This document shows, piece by piece, positions 46,889 through 57,295 of a stretch of DNA of 64,000 nucleotides. The DNA comes from Candidatus Omnitrophota bacterium (GTDB lineage Bacteria > Omnitrophota > Gorgyraeia > Gygaellales > Profunditerraquicolaceae), in NCBI GenBank assembly GCA_026387335.1, contig JAPLLX010000003.1, positions 138,230 to 202,229 on the forward strand, written 5' to 3'. A program made the position numbers and the translations under genes. Every line of letters begins with the position of its first letter. Position 1 is the first letter of the stretch. The notes below the pieces were generated by a model. It ran no database searches. It was not told the DNA's origin and saw nothing but the letters and a program-made list of their open reading frames with translations.

Positions 46889-49752
46889 ACTTTTTTTAAT
46901 TTATCAATTCCGGCGTTAACGCAGATTTTATTATCTAAGCCATAGACCTTAAATTCTTTCTTTTTGCTTACGCAGCCGATTAATCCGAAGGATTTGCCTT
47001 TTAAGCTTTGCTCAAAAGCTTTCTGATTTTTCTTTTCAACTTCCACGATAAACCGAGAGTTGGATTCGGAGAATAAAACGAAATCATTGCGTTTTTCTCC
47101 CACGTAAGGAACGCTGGATAAAAATATATCCATACCTAACCCGCCGGAAAAAGCCATTTCAGCTAAAGCTACTGCCAGCCCTCCTTCAGAGCAATCATGC
47201 ATTGAACGGATCAACCTTCTACTTGAAGCCCGGCTTAAAGAATCAAAAAGCGCTTTGGCTTTCTTTACCTTAACCTTAGGCACACTATTGCCGATAGCTC
47301 CGGATAAATCGTAATAATGCGAACCGCCCAATTCTTGATATGTTTGACCAACCACATAAACCAGGTTACCCGCGTCTTTAGCGTACATTGATATTGCTTT
47401 GCTCGCGTCTTCCATCACTGAAATTGCCGAAATTAAAAGCGTTCCGGGGATAGCCAGGGATTTACCGTGTTCGCTGTATTCGTTATACAGGCTGTCCTTT
47501 CCGGAAATAAACGGCGCGCCAAAACCAACTGCCGCGTCATAACAACCGTAAGCGCAGCGCACTAAACTTCCCAGCCTATCCGGCTTATCCGGATTGCCCC
47601 AGCAAAAATTATCTAAAATCGCGACTTCCTTTAATGAGCCGCCGCAGCTGATAATCTGGCGCAAGGCCTCGTCAATACAAGAAGCAGCCATCCAGTAAGG
47701 ATCAATAAATCCGTATCTAAAATTTATTCCGTTGGAGACAATTACGGCCTTAGAAGAGCTTAAAACCGGCCTGACGATACTGGCATCCGATGGCCCATCG
47801 TTATCTATACCAGTCAAAGGCTTCATCACTGAACCGCCTTGCACCTCGTGATCATACCTGCGGATTACCGATTCTTTAGAACAGATATCGTAATGCGCCA
47901 GCAGCTTTTCTAAAACCGGGGTCAAATCTTTGGCGGGATTTATTTTCGGCTCCCGGTGCTTAGCCGGAGCGTACACCGCCTCTTTGACAATTTTAGGCTG
48001 GCCCTTGTGAAGAAACTCCATGCCCAGCGAGCAAACCAGGTTATCCTTATAATAAAGTTCAAGTTTTTTTGTAGCGGTAAACTCGCCGATTACCGTAGCT
48101 TCCACATTCTCGTTTGTAAAAACTCCCAGTAAATCCTCAATTTTTTCTGGCGGGACGGATAAAACCATCCTCTCCTGCGATTCGGATATCCAGATCTCCA
48201 TATAAGATAACCCGTCATACTTCAAGGGCACTTTATCCAACTCCACCCGGGCGCCTAATTCCGCGGCCATCTCTCCAACCGCGCTGGATAATCCGCCTGC
48301 GCCGCAATCAGTAATCGCGCTGTATAAATTTTTGTCGCGGGCCTGTAAAATCGTATCCAGCATCTTTTTTTCCTGAATGGGATTACCGATCTGGACCGCG
48401 CCGCTGGAAATAGTTTCAGACTCATGCGTCAGCTCGCCGGATGAAAAAGTCGCGCCGTGAATACCGTCTCGACCGGTCCTGCCGCCGACAACTACCACTA
48501 AATCCCCGCTATTTGTTTTCTTAAAAGATTTCTCCCGCGGCATAATCCCGGCTGTGCCGCAATAGACCAGCGGATTGCCGGTAAATTTTTCATGGAAGAG
48601 TATGGCCCCGTTTACAGTAGGAATCCCCATTTTGTTCCCGTAATCGCGCACGCCGCTGACTACACCCTTCATCACCCGCTTAGGATGGAGCGCGCCAACA
48701 GGCAACTTACTAAACGGATAATCCGGCAGGCCAAAACAAAAAATATCGGTATTTAAAAATGGCTTAGCGCCTAATCCTGTCCCCAGCGGATCGCGGATTA
48801 CGCCTCCTATACCGGTATTCGCTCCGCCGAAAGGCTCTAATGCCGAAGGATGGTTGTGCGTTTCAACCTTAAAACAAATATTGTATAAATCGTCAAAACG
48901 GATTATGCCGGCGTTATCCTTAAATACCGAAACGCACCAGGGCTTGTTTAATTCTTGGGTTACTTTCATTATTGTCGCCTTAAGCAGGCCGTCAATTAAT
49001 TTTGTCTTTGTCGCCTTAATTTTCTCGGTATATTTAATCTTACCCCGGAATGTTTTATGCGAGCAATGTTCGGACCAGGTCTGGGCAATGGTCTCAAGCT
49101 CACAATCAGTAGGATTACGCTTTAAACTCTTAAAATAATTTTTTATTGAGCGCATCTCAGACAGGTTCAGGAATAACTGGCCCCTCTTGCTTATCTCCAG
49201 CAATCTCTCGTCTGAAGCGCCTAATAAGTCTACGTTAACCAGGTTAAACTGGTACCTTGAACTCAATCGGGGGCTGTCCCCGGAAGGGACTGTCCCCGAT
49301 TTTACAATGTGCTGGATTAATTTATTATAAAGGAGTTTTTCGCAGATAGTTTTTAGCTGGGTAGCGGAGAGTTTTCCCTGGATTATATATTTTTTCGCCG
49401 TCTTAACAGATTCAGCTCCGGATATGCCCAAATCGCGCACACCTTTTAAGGTGGATTCCTCAACCGGGTCCATAACTCCCGGATTATAAGCGACCTCAAC
49501 GATAAATTTATCTTTCTGATTTCTTTCCGCGGCAGGATTAACAGAATAACACTGATAAACTTTATCGGTAAGTAGTTCAGCGCAAATTTTTGTTATCTCT
49601 TCAACGCTAAGTTCGCCTTCAATAGTATAAACCTGGATAAACCTGACCTCTTTGACTGTCTTTATCCCGAAATCAAGGATATCGCTCTTGACGCCGGCTA
49701 CCGCAGCGTCAAAAATACCGCTTCTTTCTCTTACTTCAATTTTGTAAAGCAT
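46864..49752 (-). CDS. purL: phosphoribosylformylglycinamidine synthase II with N-terminal PurS domain(s) (PurS-PurL fusion)
   Basis: The N-terminal ~160 aa are PurS-like (MLYKIEVRERSGIFDAAVAGV...). The PurL AIRS domains follow (GIGGVIRDPLG). Confidence 0.9.
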   Translation of the reverse strand: MLYKIEVRERSGIFDAAVAGVKSDILDFGIKTVKEVRFIQVYTIEGELSVEEITKICAELLTDKVYQCYSVNPAAERNQKDKFIVEVAYNPGVMDPVEESTLKGVRDLGISGAESVKTAKKYIIQGKLSATQLKTICEKLLYNKLIQHIVKSGTVPSGDSPRLSSRYQFNLVNVDLLGASDERLLEISKRGQLFLNLSEMRSIKNYFKSLKRNPTDCELETIAQTWSEHCSHKTFRGKIKYTEKIKATKTKLIDGLLKATIMKVTQELNKPWCVSVFKDNAGIIRFDDLYNICFKVETHNHPSALEPFGGANTGIGGVIRDPLGTGLGAKPFLNTDIFCFGLPDYPFSKLPVGALHPKRVMKGVVSGVRDYGNKMGIPTVNGAILFHEKFTGNPLVYCGTAGIMPREKSFKKTNSGDLVVVVGGRTGRDGIHGATFSSGELTHESETISSGAVQIGNPIQEKKMLDTILQARDKNLYSAITDCGAGGLSSAVGEMAAELGARVELDKVPLKYDGLSYMEIWISESQERMVLSVPPEKIEDLLGVFTNENVEATVIGEFTATKKLELYYKDNLVCSLGMEFLHKGQPKIVKEAVYAPAKHREPKINPAKDLTPVLEKLLAHYDICSKESVIRRYDHEVQGGSVMKPLTGIDNDGPSDASIVRPVLSSSKAVIVSNGINFRYGFIDPYWMAASCIDEALRQIISCGGSLKEVAILDNFCWGNPDKPDRLGSLVRCAYGCYDAAVGFGAPFISGKDSLYNEYSEHGKSLAIPGTLLISAISVMEDASKAISMYAKDAGNLVYVVGQTYQELGGSHYYDLSGAIGNSVPKVKVKKAKALFDSLSRASSRRLIRSMHDCSEGGLAVALAEMAFSGGLGMDIFLSSVPYVGEKRNDFVLFSESNSRFIVEVEKKNQKAFEQSLKGKSFGLIGCVSKKKEFKVYGLDNKICVNAGIDKLKKVWKEPLKW

Positions 49753-49772
49753 GGTTATAAATTACGGGGTTA

Positions 49773-50057
49773 CTGAGTCTCCGGCAAATAATGGGCATAT
49801 TGGAAGCCCGGATTTAGGACGTATGCAAGGCGCGACGACGAAGGCGTAGTCGTAGCACTACGCCGAGGAGAAGCAACGCCGCAGACGGCCGAAAGGCGGG
49901 CTTCCCTCTTACTCCTATATATATGGGCTGGCTGATTTTGGGCTGCGACTGCGTCACTCGTCCTTGGCGTAGCGCTTTGGCTACGCCGGTGTCCTCGTTC
50001 CTTGTCTCGCTCCAAAATCAGATCAGCCAATGTGTCCATTATTTGCCGGAGACTCAG
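49773..50057. mobile_element. MITE-like element: ~35-bp terminal inverted repeats flanked by a TA dinucleotide duplication
   Basis: The left end ctgagtctccggcaaataatgg (49773...) is the reverse complement of the right end ccattatttgccggagactcag (...50057). TA lies at 49771-49772 and 50058-50059. Internal 8-bp hairpins include ggcgtagt/actacgcc and ggcgtagc/gctacgcc. The element is GC-rich and has no coding capacity. Confidence 0.6.
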
Positions 50058-50072
50058 TAGGTGGGTAAATAT

Positions 50073-51365
50073 TTATAAACCGACTCTCTTGAATATTTTA
50101 TTTACGTTGCGCAGATAATAATTTAAATCAAATATATTATCCAGTTCCTTTTCGCTTAAAATCTCCGCCACTTTCGTATCCAGCAAAAGGCTGTCTCTAA
50201 AATCTACTCCCTCTTTCCAGGTATACATGGCACAGCGTTGCACTAAATCATAAGCCTTGGGTCTGGCTAAACCCTTATCCATCAGCGCCAAAAGCACGCG
50301 CTGGGAAAAAATCAGTCCGCGGGTCTTGATAATATTGGCCATCATATGTTCAGGATAGACATTCAGGCCTTCCATAACCTGAATAAATTTATTCAGCATA
50401 TAATCCAGGGCTAAAGTGGAATCCGGCATAATTATTCGCTCAACCGAGGAATGCGAAATATCCCGTTCATGCCAGAGCGCTATATTCTCCATTGCGGCGA
50501 CAGAATTGCCGCGTAAGAGGCGGGCTAATCCGCATATACGCTCGCAGATCACCGGATTGCGCTTGTGCGGCATGGCGCTGGAACCCTTTTGGCCCTTGCC
50601 AAACGGCTCTTCTGCCTCTAAAACTTCAGTGCGCTGCAGATGGCGTATTTCGGTAGCAAATTTTTCTAAACTTGAGCCGATAATCGCTAATCTGGCCATA
50701 AACACAGCATAAATATCCCGCTGGATTATCTGAGTAGAGATTTTGGCCGGTTTTAATCCCAGCTTTTTACAGACATAAGTTTCAACCTGCGGGTCAATAT
50801 TAGAATAGGTGCCGACTGCTCCGGAAAGCTTACCTACCGAGACTTCTTCTTTGGCTAACCTTAAACGCTCCAGGTTACGTTGCATTTCATCATACCAGAG
50901 GGCTAATTTTAAACCAAAAGTTGTAGGCTCCGCGTGTACACCATGGGTACGGCCTATACAAGCTGTATCCTTATAATTTAAAGCTTTTTTAGCCAGGACT
51001 TTTAGCAGCCTGTTGACATCATCAACGAGGATATCTGCCGCTGCTTGCAGCTGGACCCCGAGGGTAGTATCTAAAACATCCGATGAGGTAAGGCCCAAGT
51101 GCAGGTATTGGGCGTCTTTCCCAATATATTGTGATACATTGGAGACAAACGCCACTACATCATGTTGTGTCTTCTCTTCGATCTTCTTGATTTGGGCTAA
51201 ATTAAATCTGGCTTTTTGTTTGATTCTTCTGACTGCGGCTGGCGGGACTTTTTTCTGCTTGGCTAAGGCTTCCAGGCTGAGGATCTCAATGGCAAGCATG
51301 GTTTTAAACTTAAACTCTTCCTGCCAGATATTATTCATTTTGGGAAGGCTGTAACGTTCAATCAT
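50073..51365 (-). CDS. purB: adenylosuccinate lyase
   Basis: MIERYSLPKMNNIW...SSAMPHKRNP is the fumarase/ASL family signature. Confidence 0.9.
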   Translation of the reverse strand: MIERYSLPKMNNIWQEEFKFKTMLAIEILSLEALAKQKKVPPAAVRRIKQKARFNLAQIKKIEEKTQHDVVAFVSNVSQYIGKDAQYLHLGLTSSDVLDTTLGVQLQAAADILVDDVNRLLKVLAKKALNYKDTACIGRTHGVHAEPTTFGLKLALWYDEMQRNLERLRLAKEEVSVGKLSGAVGTYSNIDPQVETYVCKKLGLKPAKISTQIIQRDIYAVFMARLAIIGSSLEKFATEIRHLQRTEVLEAEEPFGKGQKGSSAMPHKRNPVICERICGLARLLRGNSVAAMENIALWHERDISHSSVERIIMPDSTLALDYMLNKFIQVMEGLNVYPEHMMANIIKTRGLIFSQRVLLALMDKGLARPKAYDLVQRCAMYTWKEGVDFRDSLLLDTKVAEILSEKELDNIFDLNYYLRNVNKIFKRVGL

Positions 51366-51455
51366 GTACGCTCCGTTTCTTATATTAGAGAGTGTATTAT
51401 AGCAAAAAAACGCCGTTTAGCAAATAAAAAAGATAGCCAAATATGCCGGTGAATA

Positions 51456-54074
51456 TCAGCCTAAAACGATGCTTACAAGATTGAGGGAGGATTTTTGTAG
51501 GGATTTGCGGTTAATGAGGATGCGCTGAGAATCGGTTAGTGGCAAAGGCCGGGAGTTTAAAGAGGCTTTTAATATCCTGTACTGGCCATAATCCAGCTTC
51601 TTAGGATTAGAAATATTAACCTGCAGCTTTGAGCCGGCAAAGGGCCGGTTCACGCTGATTGTTGGATTCAGCTTGAATTGTTCAGCCGTTAATTTTGGTT
51701 CAATCAATAAATCACCGTTCTCCCCCCGGACGCCAAAGGCTTGCGTCACTAAAGTCAGGATAAACCAACTGGCTGAGCCGGTAAGATACGCGTACATTCC
51801 CCGGCCTTCGGCATTAAAATACTCCGGAAGACAGGGATAAATCTTGCTCTTTTTTGTATCAACGGCTAATTTATAAAGCGAACTCAAGGCCTTCCACCCT
51901 TCCTTGGCCAAACCGCGGCTGTAAAGGCTATAAGCATACATTACAACCATGTGACTAAAAATCGCGCCGTTCTCCTTATCGCCGTAAGAGAATGAAAATG
52001 CCCGGCCCAGGTTATGCTGCTCAACTTTAAAATCAGTATTCAAATGATAACCTTTTAGTTCTTTATCTAAAAGATATCTGTTTACGCTCTGGATAATCTT
52101 ATCTACCTGTTTACTATCGGCAACCCCGGACATGATCGGAAAAACCTGCGCGGCCAGGCACATCCTTAGTAAACCATTTACTTTTCCTTCTACCCGCCTC
52201 TTCTTATTATCATAATAGCCGTTAAAGAATCCCTGCTTTAACCATTCGCTTTTACGGATATGCCCTGTCAGCCACAAGGATTTTATTTTTAAGTTACGCG
52301 CCAGCGCCTCCACCTTCACTTCTTTTTTCCTCCCTGAAAGAGAGAGCGCGGCTTTAGCAAAATAAGCGTCGAGAATCTTACGTTTTTCGTTTTTGTTATT
52401 ATAATCAAAATCTTTAAGCAAGATCAGCATCTCTTCGGCGAGCCGGATTTTCTTTTTCCCGGTTTTTAATAAAAGTTCGGCGAGGCGTTTTAAATTTTGA
52501 GCGTACATCGCGCTAAAAGCTACGCTTTCGCCATACTCTTTCGCCATATCCAAACCGTCATTCCAGTCCGCGCCCTCTAGGCGAATATAGTTATGCGGCC
52601 CGACATTAAAAAACTGGCTCAGGTTCTGGATCAAAAGATGCTCATAAAGCGGGCCTTTGCCGATTTTACGCTTATTCCAATCCCGGTCAATTTTTGTGGA
52701 GCGCCAGGTATGCTGGTCGCAGAAATACGCCACTTCTGCAAACAAAATAGCTAAATCCCCGCTTTCGTTTATATAAAAATCAGTAGTTATTAACGGCCAG
52801 ACTCCGTGGTCCATCCAGACGCGGGGAATATCGTTACGGTCGGCGATAAATTCGCCCGGCTTCTTTCCTACGATCGTAGCGTTAGAACCATCAGTCCTCA
52901 CCCCCCGAAAATTATTCAGCAAGAGTGAGCGGACTTGTTTGGGGTCGCTTAAAAGTAACCCTAAACAATCCTGCCACAGGTCGCGCCAGCCGCGGCCGCC
53001 TTTGCCGTAATCAAAATCCGGTAAGAACGAACACCCGAATATTTTTCTTAAAACCGGCTGGATATTCACCCAGTTAAGCCAATTGTCAAAATCGCCATCC
53101 GCGCTCGCTGTTTTAATCGCGCGGGATTTCTCCAGCCAAAATAACTTTGTTTTCTTAAGCGCTGCCTCAATTTTGGCGTTGGTGTTAAATTTATTTAAAA
53201 GGCGGTTGATTTCCCCAGAGCTTTCAGTAATGCCCATCAGGATAATATAAGAACAACTGCTTCCGGGACGAAGGGTGATCTCCCTAAAACGCAAAGCTCC
53301 CATCGGCTCTTTACCCTGAATGTTCCTCTTATCAGGTAAAAGATCATTTAAAATTGCCTGCGGCGCCTCTAAATCCCCTCCTTCACCGCAAAACATCTCC
53401 TGTGTCGGATAAATATATTGCGGAGCACAGGCCTTACCATCAACGCCTAAAACAAAATAATTCTCTTTATTCGGTTTATGCCCTGCCTCGTCAAAAGAAA
53501 GCGTGGGTTTGGAGATGACGCCGTATTTATTTAAGGTCAGGCGCTGCAGCAAGGAAGTTACCTGGCGGTGGTCACGGATGTTATTGGCGCCTCTGGCATA
53601 AAGAGGAATAGCTGCGGTAGGAATGAATTTTATTTTCTTAGAGCTAATGTTGATAAGCTTAACCTGCATTAACTCTAGCGGCTCTTCCAGCGGAATAAAA
53701 GAAAGGGTCTCTGCCCTTAAGCCTATTTTCTTGTTTTCTCTGGTAACCTTCTGCCAGAGTAGCCCGGCTTTTAGATCAACGCGATCCTCTTTAATCAGCC
53801 TTAAATCCTTGGATACGCCGGTAGCTGACCAGGTTTTATGCGGATCAATATAAATCCAAAAGTTTCTTGAGGCCCGGGAAGTGGTCAGGTTTAGGCGTGA
53901 AACAGGTTCTAAAAGAAAGGAACTCTGTCCGGCCTTAATATCTCCGTGCAGGTCAGGGGATACCGACGACATAAGGACTGCGTTACCCAGCGGAAAATAA
54001 AGGCTTTTGTTTTTATCAGCCGAAGGAAATTCAAATGTGCCTGAATTATCAATAAAATTCCAGATTCTTTCCAT
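51456..54074 (-). CDS. GH94/GH65-superfamily glycoside phosphorylase-like protein (cellobiose-phosphorylase-like)
   Basis: An 872-aa ORF. GKGGRGWRDLWQDCLG resembles the GH94 GRGMGFRDSNQD catalytic loop. The N-terminal YFPLGN resembles the GH94 N-terminal domain. Confidence 0.5.
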   Translation of the reverse strand: MERIWNFIDNSGTFEFPSADKNKSLYFPLGNAVLMSSVSPDLHGDIKAGQSSFLLEPVSRLNLTTSRASRNFWIYIDPHKTWSATGVSKDLRLIKEDRVDLKAGLLWQKVTRENKKIGLRAETLSFIPLEEPLELMQVKLINISSKKIKFIPTAAIPLYARGANNIRDHRQVTSLLQRLTLNKYGVISKPTLSFDEAGHKPNKENYFVLGVDGKACAPQYIYPTQEMFCGEGGDLEAPQAILNDLLPDKRNIQGKEPMGALRFREITLRPGSSCSYIILMGITESSGEINRLLNKFNTNAKIEAALKKTKLFWLEKSRAIKTASADGDFDNWLNWVNIQPVLRKIFGCSFLPDFDYGKGGRGWRDLWQDCLGLLLSDPKQVRSLLLNNFRGVRTDGSNATIVGKKPGEFIADRNDIPRVWMDHGVWPLITTDFYINESGDLAILFAEVAYFCDQHTWRSTKIDRDWNKRKIGKGPLYEHLLIQNLSQFFNVGPHNYIRLEGADWNDGLDMAKEYGESVAFSAMYAQNLKRLAELLLKTGKKKIRLAEEMLILLKDFDYNNKNEKRKILDAYFAKAALSLSGRKKEVKVEALARNLKIKSLWLTGHIRKSEWLKQGFFNGYYDNKKRRVEGKVNGLLRMCLAAQVFPIMSGVADSKQVDKIIQSVNRYLLDKELKGYHLNTDFKVEQHNLGRAFSFSYGDKENGAIFSHMVVMYAYSLYSRGLAKEGWKALSSLYKLAVDTKKSKIYPCLPEYFNAEGRGMYAYLTGSASWFILTLVTQAFGVRGENGDLLIEPKLTAEQFKLNPTISVNRPFAGSKLQVNISNPKKLDYGQYRILKASLNSRPLPLTDSQRILINRKSLQKSSLNLVSIVLG

Positions 54075-54595
54075 TAAGCTGCCGGTCTCATCTTTATTTC
54101 CTGCAATGCTTGGATGACCTGGAACAATAATTGTTCGCCTTTTTTAACTAAAGGCGCCCTTTCTTTATCCATGATCGTCGGGTCATCTTTTTCCAGCGCC
54201 TCTATCGCCTTGTTATACGCCGCGATGTCGTTATCCAGCACCTCTAAGAACATCTTGCTTATAGCGCTATATTTCTCTATAGGCACGCTGGCTAAATATG
54301 CGGTCTTTACATCTTCCAGCAATTTTTTCTCAGCTGAATAATAATTGACGGCGACCGCATTGCCAAAAGCGTCTTTCTTCGGGACAAAAGTTACTACTTT
54401 GTTACGGCAAATGAGCTTGCCGCTGGTTATGTTTTTTACCCTGTCTGCCAGGCTCAACATCGTGTTTACATAAACAGCTTTCGACAGCGGCTTGGGCGCT
54501 GTAGTTACTTTCTTCTGATGAGTAAACTTTAGACCAAAGAAAACTAAACCCAAAAACACAACAACTACCACCCCGAATATCCCGATTCTCTTCAT
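54074..54595 (-). CDS. hypothetical membrane-anchored protein
   Basis: A 173-aa ORF with an N-terminal TM helix. Its stop overlaps the downstream gene start. Confidence 0.4.
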   Translation of the reverse strand: MKRIGIFGVVVVVFLGLVFFGLKFTHQKKVTTAPKPLSKAVYVNTMLSLADRVKNITSGKLICRNKVVTFVPKKDAFGNAVAVNYYSAEKKLLEDVKTAYLASVPIEKYSAISKMFLEVLDNDIAAYNKAIEALEKDDPTIMDKERAPLVKKGEQLLFQVIQALQEIKMRPAA

Positions 54596-54626
54596 ATTAT
54601 CGTCCCCTTTTCTTATTGAACCAGCC

Positions 54627-54914
54627 TTAAGAAACCTTGGGCGTATTCATAAACTCTACGCCGATTTCATACCTATCATCTTTAGTATCTTCCCTGACCC
54701 ATACAACTCTGGCAAAACCATCATAGGAGAACTCCGTTAAAGAAAACCTTATCTTTAAAATAGTCTCTTTAGGAATAAATTCATGCGTAAAGAAACTTAC
54801 CCCTCCCTGGCTGATATTCCGGGTAAGAAAAAACTGCGTTTTCGGGTTGTTGGAGATTTCGTATGCTATATTCAGGGATTGCGGTATCCGGACAAATTTC
54901 CTTCGGTCTATCAT
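54627..54914 (-). CDS. PilZ domain protein (c-di-GMP receptor)
   Basis: RRKFVRI (RxxxR) and NISQGG (NxSxxG) are present, and the length is 95 aa. Confidence 0.6.
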   Translation of the reverse strand: MIDRRKFVRIPQSLNIAYEISNNPKTQFFLTRNISQGGVSFFTHEFIPKETILKIRFSLTEFSYDGFARVVWVREDTKDDRYEIGVEFMNTPKVS

Positions 54915-54929
54915 GATATAAGTATTCTT

Positions 54930-55346
54930 TTACTCGCCTATTATCTTTATTAAAACCCGTTTCTTACGCTGGCCGTCAAATTCTCCATAGAATATCTGCT
55001 CCCACGGCCCAAAGTCCAGCTTGCCGCCGGTAATAGCCGCGACAATCTCTCTACCCATTACTGTTCTTTTAAGATGAGCGTCTGCGTTATCCTCTCCGGA
55101 TAGATTATGTTTATATTTCTCTTTTCCGTAAGGAGCAAGCTTTTCTAACCAACCGCTAAAATCATCATGCAGGCCTGTCTCATCATCATTAATAAAGATC
55201 GAACTGGTTATGTGCATCGCGTTAACTAGACACAGCCCTTCTTTAACCGCGCTTTTATTAACCGCCTCTTGGACCAGCGGGGTAATATTTATAAACTCCT
55301 GCCTCTTTTTAGTGTTAAACCATAAATATTGAGTATGGGATTTCAT
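54930..55346 (-). CDS. YjbQ/UPF0047 family protein (secondary thiamine-phosphate synthase-like)
   Basis: [18 protein letters not shown]...HLKRTVMG is the UPF0047 signature. Confidence 0.7.
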   Translation of the reverse strand: MKSHTQYLWFNTKKRQEFINITPLVQEAVNKSAVKEGLCLVNAMHITSSIFINDDETGLHDDFSGWLEKLAPYGKEKYKHNLSGEDNADAHLKRTVMGREIVAAITGGKLDFGPWEQIFYGEFDGQRKKRVLIKIIGE

Positions 55347-55383
55347 TGATTTTATTATACCCCAAACAAAACTCTAAAACAAC

Positions 55384-55417
55384 AAAAAACCCGCCGGATT
55401 TCTCCAGCGGGTTTTTT
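55384..55417. terminator. bidirectional rho-independent terminator
   Basis: aaaaaacccgc-cggatttctcca-gcgggtttttt has an 11-bp stem flanked by an A-run and a T-run. It lies downstream of the minus-strand operon ending at 55573. Confidence 0.6.
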
Positions 55418-55572
55418 ACTGATTGGCCATGTTGGTATAGGTAATAATTATATCTCTTAATACTAATAAACTAATTATATAGAAAAATTATCACCTATCT
55501 TGAGGGTAACATATCCAAAAGAAAGCTATCTTCTGTGCGGCTACCTTAATGTCGTAAAGCTGAAGCAGATAT

Positions 55573-57252
55573 CTACTCTTGACTCCAACCAGAACAAATT
55601 CCTTTTGTAAAATACAGGTTTATTTTCTGGTTACCAATTTTATAGGTAGCAGTAATGACTTCTTGTGTCTTATGATTCTTCAATAAATTAACTGGTTTAT
55701 CAAAAAGGATGCTTGCTTCTTCAAAAGTTATTTGCTTTATTACATCTAGAGCATCTATTTTACCAACATACCTTTTTATTAATTCTTCTCTATTCTCTGA
55801 CGAAGGACCTGATGATTTACTCGCTTTAGAATACTGCATTATATTCTTAATGAATGTACTTACTAAACTTTCCCTTTTCTCGGTCTTCTCGTCTGGCTTG
55901 ACAAACCCTGACAAGGAAGATTCTGAATCTGTCGAAACTCTATACTGCAATATTCGTTGAAATATAATATTATCTTTGTCTTTTTGGATATCAACATCAA
56001 ACTCATATTTCAATTTATCTGCTATCCCATCATTTGACAGTTGTGAATTTCGGCCATTAATAAATCCGATACTAATCTTATGCTTTCCTGGTGGAATAAA
56101 TAGTGGATAAATAATAACATGTTCGGGTAGCAGGCTCCAATATCTTATGTCTGCTTTTGGATTTGTTATCCCACTCATAATAGCTGCCCCACCTGAGAAT
56201 AAAGCAGAAATTCCTGCTGCTGCAGCCAATGCGGCCTTTGAATACTGATCGGACGTCTGGTTAGCTTGATTCAAAAGTTGTTGAGAAAGACCAATCGCTG
56301 CTACAGAAGTATTTGCTGCGTTAGTTTTAAATTGAGCTTTCCCCTTTAGTATCGCATCCATCTTCCTTCCGCCTCTTGTGCTTGCCTGAAAATATATATC
56401 TGTATTAGAATATACTTGATTTTCTGCACTTACTTTGCCATCAATCTTTATATTCCAACCACTAATATCGTACCGATTCCCATTTATCACTGCTAATTCA
56501 CCGTATCGGCCCCTTCTTGACTTAAATGGCCCTTCGCCGAATTCAATAACTAATAAAATATTATTTTTTAGATCAAGTATTTTATTTATAAATTCATCAC
56601 TGAAACCAAGGCTAGAATAATCAGGATTATTTTCTAGTTCCTTAACTACGTTATAATAATCACTGCTTAATGATTCTTCTCCTAATTTATTAGAAATGCG
56701 CGAAACAAGCAAATAAAGTATCGCGATATCGCTTTTATATGCTTCCCCCTTTGAATCAGAATCTGCTAATATTCCATTTTTTAAGGCAGCTTTCGCATTT
56801 TCTAAGTCTCCTTTATTGTAAAGCAATAATCCTACATACAGCGAATTCATCGCTTTTTCGTATGGATCGCCTTTATAGGCCTTACTATCCTCAGAACCTG
56901 TTAAGGAAACTGCCCCGCGCTCTAGTTCTTTAAATGCAGGAATATTATTCATCAGATAATGCGCTTTTAAAAACGCGTCGAGCGCTTTATCATAATCTCC
57001 TTGGGCTAAATATATTGAACCTAATTGATTATCCCATAAGGCATAATTCCTATCCCTTAGCTTAGATGCCTCTTCATATGTTTCTGTTGCAGTCTTAAAG
57101 TTGCCAGATTGAATTTGGTAATTGTAATCACCAATTTTTTCAAAAGAATACTTGTCTACATGCGCGCAGGAAGCCAGAAGCACACTGCAGCAAATCAATG
57201 GTAAGACTTTAACTGCTTGGATAATCTTTTTGTTTTGTGGGATTAGTTTCAT
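55573..57252 (-). CDS. TPR-repeat lipoprotein
   Basis: A signal peptide with lipobox LLASC is followed by TPR-like repeats (LGSIYLAQGDYDKALDAFLKAHYL). The gene is AT-rich. Confidence 0.5.
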   Translation of the reverse strand: MKLIPQNKKIIQAVKVLPLICCSVLLASCAHVDKYSFEKIGDYNYQIQSGNFKTATETYEEASKLRDRNYALWDNQLGSIYLAQGDYDKALDAFLKAHYLMNNIPAFKELERGAVSLTGSEDSKAYKGDPYEKAMNSLYVGLLLYNKGDLENAKAALKNGILADSDSKGEAYKSDIAILYLLVSRISNKLGEESLSSDYYNVVKELENNPDYSSLGFSDEFINKILDLKNNILLVIEFGEGPFKSRRGRYGELAVINGNRYDISGWNIKIDGKVSAENQVYSNTDIYFQASTRGGRKMDAILKGKAQFKTNAANTSVAAIGLSQQLLNQANQTSDQYSKAALAAAAGISALFSGGAAIMSGITNPKADIRYWSLLPEHVIIYPLFIPPGKHKISIGFINGRNSQLSNDGIADKLKYEFDVDIQKDKDNIIFQRILQYRVSTDSESSLSGFVKPDEKTEKRESLVSTFIKNIMQYSKASKSSGPSSENREELIKRYVGKIDALDVIKQITFEEASILFDKPVNLLKNHKTQEVITATYKIGNQKINLYFTKGICSGWSQE

Positions 57253-57295
57253 TTTTAATTAAGGGAAGCGTGCTAGATCTAAACTAGGATGTGCC

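Noticed and set aside
49770-50039. 89-aa minus-strand ORF inside the MITE-like element
   Set aside because: It is Arg/Ser/Pro-rich and GC-skewed, and it is co-extensive with the inverted-repeat element. This is a repeat-derived spurious ORF.
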